From assembly GCA_963665235.2 (NCBI GenBank), contig CAXXLX010000001.1:1920001-1984000 (forward strand): a stretch of DNA of 64,000 nt, read 5' to 3'. The DNA is from Candidatus Poribacteria bacterium. Lineage in GTDB: Bacteria; Poribacteria; WGA-4E; WGA-3G. The position numbers were made by a program, and so were the translations under genes. Positions 57,508 through 64,000 of the stretch are shown piece by piece. Each line of letters starts with the position of its first letter. The stretch's first letter is position 1. The notes under the pieces are model-generated. The model saw nothing but the letters and a program-made list of their open reading frames with translations, was not told where the DNA came from and did not search any database.

Positions 57508-59532
57508 CTAAAGCGTACGCGCGACCTGTTCGTGGACGTAACATTCTAACACATCCCCGATTTTTATATCGTCAAATTCATCAATACCGATACCGCATTC
57601 GTAATTCGCTTGCACTTCATTAACGCTGTTTTTAAAACGTCGCAGAGAATTAACTCTGCCTTCATAAATTAAGCGATTTTCGCGCAACACCCGCAGCGGT
57701 TGGTTATACGAAATTCTGCCCCAATTGACGTAACTTCCCGCCACTAAACCGATGCGAGGCACCTTAAAGATTTCCCGTACCTCTGCTCGACCGATAATAA
57801 CCTCCTTCACTTCGGGGTCCAACAAACCCTCCATCGCAGAGCGGATATCGGAGATGATATCATAGATAACCGAGTAGGTACGGACATCAATACCTTCTAC
57901 CTCAATCGCTTTCACCGCTTCCGTTGTCGGATGAACGTTGAAACCGACCACAATCGCATCCGAAGCAGAGGCAAGCAGGATATCTGTCTCTGTGATGCCG
58001 CCGGTAGCCTCGTGGATGATATTAATTTTCACTTCAGGCGCGCTCAGTTTAAGCAGAGATTCCGATACCGCTTGAACGGAGCCCTGAACATCACATTTCA
58101 CTATGATATTCAATTCCTTGATATCCCCCTCCTGAATTTGTTGGTAGAGGTCATCAAGGCTAACGTGGCTATGCGTACCTAATTTTGATAACCGATATTT
58201 ATCTTGGCGTTCCTCGCTTAGCGTCCGAGCGTCCTTTTCAGAATCAACAGCATAAAAAAGATCGCCGGCTTCTGGTACCCCAGTAAATCCAAGAACTTCT
58301 GCCGGGGTAGACGGACCGGCTTCCCGAATCCGTTTCCCCTCATCGTTCATCATCGCTTTAACTTTTCCGGAGTAAAGACCCGAGACAAAGACATCACCTA
58401 CCGTCAAGGTCCCGCTTTGCACAAGAACTGTGGCGGTAATCCCACGCTCTTTGTCTACTTGTGCTTCTATAACAACCCCCCGCGCAGGTTTAGTTGGATT
58501 CGCTTTTAGCTCAAGCAGCGCAGCTTCAAGGAGCAGCATCTCCAGCAATAAATCTATACCGGTCCGCTCTATCGCCGAAACTTCAACACAGATAGTTTGG
58601 CCGCCCCATTCCTCCGGAACTAAATCATTTTCAACCAGCTGCTGTTTAACGTAGTCGGGACGCGCCCCAGGCACGTCGATTTTGTTTATTGCAATAACGA
58701 TTGGAACTTTTGCTGCTCTTGCATGATTAATTGCCTCAATTGTCTGTGGCATGACACCATCATCTGCAGCAACGATGAGAACGACAATATCTGTCACTTC
58801 TGCGCCACGTGCACGCATCGCAGTGAAAGCAACATGCCCCGGCGTATCAAGAAACACGATGTTCCCATTTTCTAATTCAACATGGTACGCACCGATATGT
58901 TGTGTGATATTTCCGGCTTCCGATTCACTCACATTTGATTCACGGATAGCATCTAGGAGGGACGTTTTCCCGTGGTCAACGTGCCCCATTATGGTGATAA
59001 CAGGCGCACGGAGCACAAGCGATTCGGGGTCATCCGGCACTTCGGATAACATTTCCTCCTCAAGCGTCTTTTCCCGTACCACTTCAAAACCGAACTGCTC
59101 CGATAGAACTAACAAGGTCTCGTAATCTAACCTTTGATTAATCGTCGCCATCACCTTTAATTTCATCAACTGCATAATCAAATGGGTCGATTGTAAATTC
59201 AGAACTGAGGCTAACATCCCGACCGTTATCCCCTCCTGAACCTCCAAAGTGGGGGAACTCTCCAGCTCCGCCTCAGCGGTTATATCGCCAGACACCCCTT
59301 CTTCCGGCTTTGTTTCTAACTCGGAACCTAATTCTGCTTCAACTAACAGTATTGTCTCAGAATCCAGGCTGCTCATGTGATTTTTAACGGAAACGCCTAA
59401 GTTTTCTAACACTTCCATGAGTCTCTTACTACTTAATCCGTGGCGTTTCGCCAATTCATAAACCCTCACATTTTGGTTTTCATCTATCTTTTGATTAGCT
59501 TCGGCAGGTCGCTGCTGCCGTCTCTTTTTCAT
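57508..59532 (-). CDS. infB: Translation initiation factor IF-2
   Basis: [25 protein letters not shown]. Confidence 0.97.
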   Translation of the reverse strand: MKKRRQQRPAEANQKIDENQNVRVYELAKRHGLSSKRLMEVLENLGVSVKNHMSSLDSETILLVEAELGSELETKPEEGVSGDITAEAELESSPTLEVQEGITVGMLASVLNLQSTHLIMQLMKLKVMATINQRLDYETLLVLSEQFGFEVVREKTLEEEMLSEVPDDPESLVLRAPVITIMGHVDHGKTSLLDAIRESNVSESEAGNITQHIGAYHVELENGNIVFLDTPGHVAFTAMRARGAEVTDIVVLIVAADDGVMPQTIEAINHARAAKVPIVIAINKIDVPGARPDYVKQQLVENDLVPEEWGGQTICVEVSAIERTGIDLLLEMLLLEAALLELKANPTKPARGVVIEAQVDKERGITATVLVQSGTLTVGDVFVSGLYSGKVKAMMNDEGKRIREAGPSTPAEVLGFTGVPEAGDLFYAVDSEKDARTLSEERQDKYRLSKLGTHSHVSLDDLYQQIQEGDIKELNIIVKCDVQGSVQAVSESLLKLSAPEVKINIIHEATGGITETDILLASASDAIVVGFNVHPTTEAVKAIEVEGIDVRTYSVIYDIISDIRSAMEGLLDPEVKEVIIGRAEVREIFKVPRIGLVAGSYVNWGRISYNQPLRVLRENRLIYEGRVNSLRRFKNSVNEVQANYECGIGIDEFDDIKIGDVLECYVHEQVARTL

Positions 59533-59813
59533 TCGCTCGTTCCCTCCTTCTTGAGAAGTACCTGTTTAAACTCATCAATAACCGGTTTCGGCAATTGCGT
59601 TCGTAACAAGGCATTAATCCGCTTAGATGCATTAAAGGCCTTATGAATGCAAGGTTCAGAACGACAGACATAGGCACCCCGGCCAGGAAGCTTTACCAAT
59701 TCTTCTACCGCTAAAGTCTCGCCTGCTCTGCACACAAAACGAATTAACGCGTTCTTTGGAAATTTACAACGGCACCCAATACAGGTGCGAATCGGGACGT
59801 TCCCGCTTTTCAT
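59529..59813 (-). CDS. ylxR: YlxR/DUF448 RNA-binding protein
   Basis: PIRTCIGC, GRGAYVC. Confidence 0.9.
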   Translation of the reverse strand: MKSGNVPIRTCIGCRCKFPKNALIRFVCRAGETLAVEELVKLPGRGAYVCRSEPCIHKAFNASKRINALLRTQLPKPVIDEFKQVLLKKEGTSE

Positions 59814-59859
59814 TACTTACCTTTGGCTATTGGCTATTGGCTATAGGTTTTCGGACCTA

Positions 59860-61326
59860 TCAATTCGATTCTGTGCCCTCTTCAGGTTCAGAGCCAGGTG
59901 AGTCCGCCGGTTCAGCAGCGTCTACAGCTGTTTCCATTTCTTCCGGTTCCGGTGTCCCCTCCTGTGCATCTACCATTTCGGTTTGTTCCTCAACAGCTGC
60001 TGTCTCTTCAGACGTGTCCCCATCAGTTTCCGGGGGGACTATCGTCTCAGTCAACGTAGCAACATCCGCTGGTGGTTCCGGTGTATCCTCTTGTGCGTCT
60101 ACCATTTCGGTCTGTTCCCGCACAGCTGCTGTCTCTTCAGACGTGTCCCCATCAGTTTCCGGGGGGACTATCGTCTCAGTCAACGTAGCAGCATCCGCTG
60201 GTGGTTCTTCGGTTTCTGGTTTATCCACGTTGTCTTTAAATAAGGTGTCTAGCGAGATAGACACTTCAGATTCACGTTTTATGTCAATGTGCCAGCCTGT
60301 CAATTGTGCGGCAAGCCGTGCGTTTTGGCCGCGCCGTCCGATTGCAAGCGATAATTGGTCATCTGGCACGACAACATTTGCGCTCTGCTCCGCTTCATTT
60401 AGCTCAACACGGGTAATATCCGCTGGTTTTAAAGCGTTTATGATAAAAACGCGGGCATCTGCGTTCCATTCAAGAATGTCAATCTTTTCGTTTCGGAGCT
60501 CGCGAACGATAGCCTGTACCCTGGCCCCTCTGACCCCTACGCATGTGCCGACTGCGTCTATACCTTCCTCACTAGCGGTTACAGCGACTTTGGCACGATT
60601 TCCTGTATCTCGCGCCACTGCCATCACGCGAACTTGCCCCTCATAGACTTCAGGGACCTCTTGTTCAAATAACCGCGCAATCAGGTCGGGATGTGTTCGG
60701 GACACGACAATCTGTTGACCTACCAATTCCTTATCTACCTTTAAAATGAGGCATCGGAGGGCATCCCCGCGTTTGTACCGGTGTGATGGCGGAATATGGT
60801 GCCCCGGCAATAACGCCTCTGTTCGCAAAACATCCGTCCGCTCTAGGTCAATAATAGCGTCTTTATTTTCATAGTGCTGTATATGTCCGACAACCACCTC
60901 ACCTTCGCGTCCCTCAAATTCATTGTAAATCTGTTCCCGTTCAGCTTCTCGCAATTTGTTAAGCAGTACCTGACGGCCTAATTGGGCTTGGATACGGCCG
61001 AATTCCTCGGGGTTAATTTCAACATCAAGGGTATCCCCAAGTTTCGCATCGGGTTCCAGTTTTCGCGCCTCCTCAATCGGAATTTCTGTAGAGAAATCGC
61101 GCATAATATCGACAACTGTTTTCGGCACATGGCACTTAATCTCTCCACGGTCCAGTTGAATATCTATTGAAACCTTCGCATCTTGACCGTAATGCTTTAG
61201 TGCAACCGCGTGCAAAGCCTCCTCGATCGCTTTGATAAAAACATCTTCCGTTAAGTCGGTGTGCCCCATCATTTGGCGAATGGACTGTTGTAAACTTTCT
61301 TTCCTTTCCTGTTTTTTCTCTCTCAT
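59860..61326 (-). CDS. nusA: Transcription factor NusA with acidic repeat tail
   Basis: FGRIQAQ, S1 and KH domains, LSLAIGRRGQNARLA. Confidence 0.96.
   Translation of the reverse strand: MREKKQERKESLQQSIRQMMGHTDLTEDVFIKAIEEALHAVALKHYGQDAKVSIDIQLDRGEIKCHVPKTVVDIMRDFSTEIPIEEARKLEPDAKLGDTLDVEINPEEFGRIQAQLGRQVLLNKLREAEREQIYNEFEGREGEVVVGHIQHYENKDAIIDLERTDVLRTEALLPGHHIPPSHRYKRGDALRCLILKVDKELVGQQIVVSRTHPDLIARLFEQEVPEVYEGQVRVMAVARDTGNRAKVAVTASEEGIDAVGTCVGVRGARVQAIVRELRNEKIDILEWNADARVFIINALKPADITRVELNEAEQSANVVVPDDQLSLAIGRRGQNARLAAQLTGWHIDIKRESEVSISLDTLFKDNVDKPETEEPPADAATLTETIVPPETDGDTSEETAAVREQTEMVDAQEDTPEPPADVATLTETIVPPETDGDTSEETAAVEEQTEMVDAQEGTPEPEEMETAVDAAEPADSPGSEPEEGTESN
59945..60205 (-). repeat. 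120-nt tandem duplication in the nusA tail
   Basis: ATLTETIVPPETDGDTSEETAAV x2 at a 120-nt period. Confidence 0.9.
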
Positions 61327-61365
61327 GATACTCCTGTTACCTCACATAGGTCGCTCCCCACGAAA

Positions 61366-61827
61366 TTACCAGCGCAGCTGGATACGTCCTATACGAATTT
61401 GCGAAATGTCAATCTGAACGGGTTCACCCGAGACCTGTTCTAAAATTAAACACCCATCAACAACATCTGTGATTTGTCCTTCTGATTCAAATATCTGTCC
61501 AGTAGGTAAAGCCGCTTCTATATGAACCGTCCTACCGAGGTTGCGACGAAAGTCCGCTGCTGTTTTCAACGGACGGTCAACGCCCGGGGAGGCAATCTCC
61601 AGATGACTATATCGCGTTAAAATCTGATGCACCTCCAAAATTGGACGAACCGTATGCGCCACCGCTTGACAGTCAGATACCGAGAGCCCCCCCACTTTAT
61701 GAAGCAGAAGCCGGAGAATCTCATTCTTGCGGGGACCTACTATCTCCACTGCAACTAATTCAAAACCCTCCATCTCAAGAAGGGGTGTTAGCATTTCTGT
61801 AATCGTAGCTTCAATACCTTCTGCCAT
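61366..61827 (-). CDS. rimP: Ribosome maturation factor RimP
   Basis: LEIASPGVDRPL; first gene of nusA-infB operon. Confidence 0.93.
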   Translation of the reverse strand: MAEGIEATITEMLTPLLEMEGFELVAVEIVGPRKNEILRLLLHKVGGLSVSDCQAVAHTVRPILEVHQILTRYSHLEIASPGVDRPLKTAADFRRNLGRTVHIEAALPTGQIFESEGQITDVVDGCLILEQVSGEPVQIDISQIRIGRIQLRW

Positions 61828-61911
61828 TTTTTCAAAAAATAAAAGACGCGTGCATTCTCAATTATAACGTCAGTGCTATTTTAAATTTGACCGGTAAGTC
61901 CTTAAATTGAC

Positions 61912-61940
61912 ATGTTACCATTTTCCTTTTTCAAAATCAA
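61912..61940 (-). promoter_or_regulatory. Candidate sigma70 promoter of rimP-nusA-infB operon
   Basis: TTGATT-N17-TAACAT with extended TG. Confidence 0.45.
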
Positions 61941-62476
61941 GTCAAATTTGGTCAACGTCGAAAATGGGGTTTGTAGCTCGGGTTGTGAACACACCGAAGG
62001 TTTCCTTATGCACATTCGGCAAGAAACCTAACAGCACCCCTTATTTATCAATGAACGTCTAAAATCGCACCCATGCATTTAGGTTTAACGAAATACTCGT
62101 TAATCGATTTAAGACGTTCATATTTTAAATAGTTTAACCTATTGACAAACTTTTGTCAAGGTTTATTCTATTTTTTTGGCAAAATCAAATATTTTGTACA
62201 CGGGTGTTAATTTAGCGTTTAGGCGGGCCCCCACCGTTTTAGTCCAAATACCTTACCTTAGACGAGGAGTTCTTGCCAACAGCTAAAACAAAACTTTGAT
62301 TGTTACACATCTTAAAATCCGCGTAATCCGCGCTAATCCGCGATTCTGCAGCATACACGCGAAATCCCCCCTTCCATTCTTCCACCCTTCCATGCTTCGG
62401 TCCTCCAAAAACTTTACGCACCCAAAAACGTACATACCCTTCTATTTTTCAGGCAAGGCATGGTATACTATTAAAC

Positions 62477-63088
62477 ATGAGTATGTTTCGTGAACATTGG
62501 ATTGGGGGGATAGTTGTATACAGCACCTTTTTCGGGGTTTCGCTCGCAGCTACGTTCCTCGGTTCAATCCTTTATCAGTTTCCAATTGCATGGAATCCAA
62601 CAATTTCGGTGCATCCTGTGAAAAGCATCGGCTGCTTTGCTGTCGCCGTACTGTTCGGGCTATGGCCGGATGTAGATATCAAGAGCAAAAGCCAAAAGAT
62701 TTTTTATGGTGTGCTGTTTGTCTTGAATCTTGTGCTTATTCTCTTCCTGCAAAGGTATTTGGAATCGGCACTTCTCGGATTATTCGCAATGCTTCCGATT
62801 ATCAGCAAACATCGCGGATGGACACACGCTAGAATTACGATGGTCTTGCTACCGAGCCTATTTCTATTCATTCCAGTTTACGCAGCGTACCCGACCTGGA
62901 GTGAAGGGTGGAACACACTTCTAGAGCTATTCCACCTGTTAATTGCATGGGAAGAGCTGCCAGATGCAATTCAAAGCGGTTTACCCTTTTATGTCGCCAG
63001 TTTTATCGGTTATGCAACACACCTCCACCTTGATGGTATTTTATTCCGTTCCCGAAAAGCACAACGTCGAAAAGCGCGAGAAAACTAG
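62477..63088 (+). CDS. Membrane-bound metal-dependent hydrolase (YdjM-like)
   Basis: H near N-terminus, PDVD, HRGWTH, HLHLD motifs with TM helices. Confidence 0.8.
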   Translation: MSMFREHWIGGIVVYSTFFGVSLAATFLGSILYQFPIAWNPTISVHPVKSIGCFAVAVLFGLWPDVDIKSKSQKIFYGVLFVLNLVLILFLQRYLESALLGLFAMLPIISKHRGWTHARITMVLLPSLFLFIPVYAAYPTWSEGWNTLLELFHLLIAWEELPDAIQSGLPFYVASFIGYATHLHLDGILFRSRKAQRRKAREN

Positions 63089-64000
63089 TGAATACAACGA
63101 TACCCGCATTCCAGAAGTTGACAGAAATGCCCGTAATCCGAACACTCACCGATTTTGCACAAGAGAACGGCGTACAACTCTATCTCGTCGGAGGTTGTGT
63201 ACGCGACCTATTGCTTGAGCGACCTACTGCTGACTTCGATTTCACGTTGGCTTCGGATGCAATCCAATTTGCCAAAACGTTCGCCGATAGCCTTGGAGGC
63301 ACCTGTATTCCGCTTGAGGAGCATCCGCCTACTGCGCGCGTCGTTCTTAAAAAACCGTCTATAAGCTTGGACTTCTCCCAATTTCGTGCCGCATCCCTTA
63401 CTGAGGACTTGCAGTTGCGTGATTTGACCATCAACGCAATGGCGATTGAACTTAAACCCGCCTCAGCCTCACAAACGTTCCGTTTGATTGACCCGTGTGA
63501 CGGTATAAATGATTTGGATGCCCGGCGGCTCCAATTCCTGAGCGAGCAGGTCCTGCTCGATGACCCGCTCCGTCTGATACGAATTTATAGATTCGCCGCA
63601 CAGCTAGATTTTGAGATAACCCCAGACTCCGTTACCCTCGTCCAAAAATATCGACAGCTGCTGCCACGCGTCTCCGCAGAACGGATTCGCGACGAACTGA
63701 TTAAGATTCTCAACATCCAGCATGCAACCCCCTATTTGCAGAAAATGTCCACCGATGGCTTGTTGGCACATACAATACCAACCGTGACGCAGACCTCCAT
63801 GTTGTGGGAACCGCTTGAAACCTTTGAGAAATCCGCTATTCCTGCACCGCTTCGCTTCTATCAAAACGAAATTGATATCTATCTCAACGACACATTAGGC
63901 ACAGAAACCCATCGGCGCGCGTTTATCAAACTCAGCCTCCTTTTGCAGGGAAAGCTCCACGATATCGGTAACCAGCTGCGACTCAGCCGAAAAGCGGTAC
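63088..64000 (+). CDS. CCA-adding tRNA nucleotidyltransferase/poly(A) polymerase family (partial, runs off window)
   Basis: GTG at 63088; LYLVGGCVRDLLL..DFDF, RDLTINAMA, DPLRLIR, SAERIRDEL. Confidence 0.9.
   Translation, partial: MNTTIPAFQKLTEMPVIRTLTDFAQENGVQLYLVGGCVRDLLLERPTADFDFTLASDAIQFAKTFADSLGGTCIPLEEHPPTARVVLKKPSISLDFSQFRAASLTEDLQLRDLTINAMAIELKPASASQTFRLIDPCDGINDLDARRLQFLSEQVLLDDPLRLIRIYRFAAQLDFEITPDSVTLVQKYRQLLPRVSAERIRDELIKILNIQHATPYLQKMSTDGLLAHTIPTVTQTSMLWEPLETFEKSAIPAPLRFYQNEIDIYLNDTLGTETHRRAFIKLSLLLQGKLHDIGNQLRLSRKAV

Noticed and set aside
59756-60646. 296-aa plus-strand ORF
   Set aside because: Antisense to nusA; openness explained by the repeat and codon bias
61830-62460. Long intergenic region as possible tRNA, ncRNA or origin
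   Set aside because: No cloverleaf, recognisable RNA motif or DnaA-box cluster; consistent with divergent promoters plus microrepeats

Overview
Bacterial chromosomal window, mostly minus-strand, dominated by housekeeping operons. These are the F-type ATP synthase 5' half (atpZ/I-B-E-F-H), a complex I operon (nuoA-H, J-N; no nuoI), gcvT-H-P, trkA-trkH-pdxH and rimP-nusA-ylxR-infB-DUF503-rbfA-DHH-ribF-rpsO-pnp. The accessory proteins (YPNPF-type T9SS-like C-terminal domains, dockerin, internalin-like LRRs, TPR-proteases, FGE-fold lipoprotein, a GKLxTxWGxLK tail) suggest Candidatus Poribacteria; this is inferred from motifs, not searched. No rRNA, tRNA, CRISPR array, transposase or reverse transcriptase was seen. 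Most notable: (1) an ECF sigma/anti-sigma operon whose DUF4252-like genes are fused to a T9SS-like CTD and to CBM9 plus an Omp85-type barrel, with a truncated PorV-like gene between them and an unannotated orphan CTD remnant beside GTAG-REP repeats; (2) four diverged tandem copies of a 2-TM/heptad coiled-coil gene, each preceded by part of the nuoN 3' end; (3) an ion-transporter gene fitted between nuoM and nuoN, plus an atypical c subunit; (4) a double protease-TPR gene with an internal Shine-Dalgarno, inserted inside the gcv operon. Family assignments come from motif recognition only. Several starts were moved from the ORF track to RBS-supported codons.
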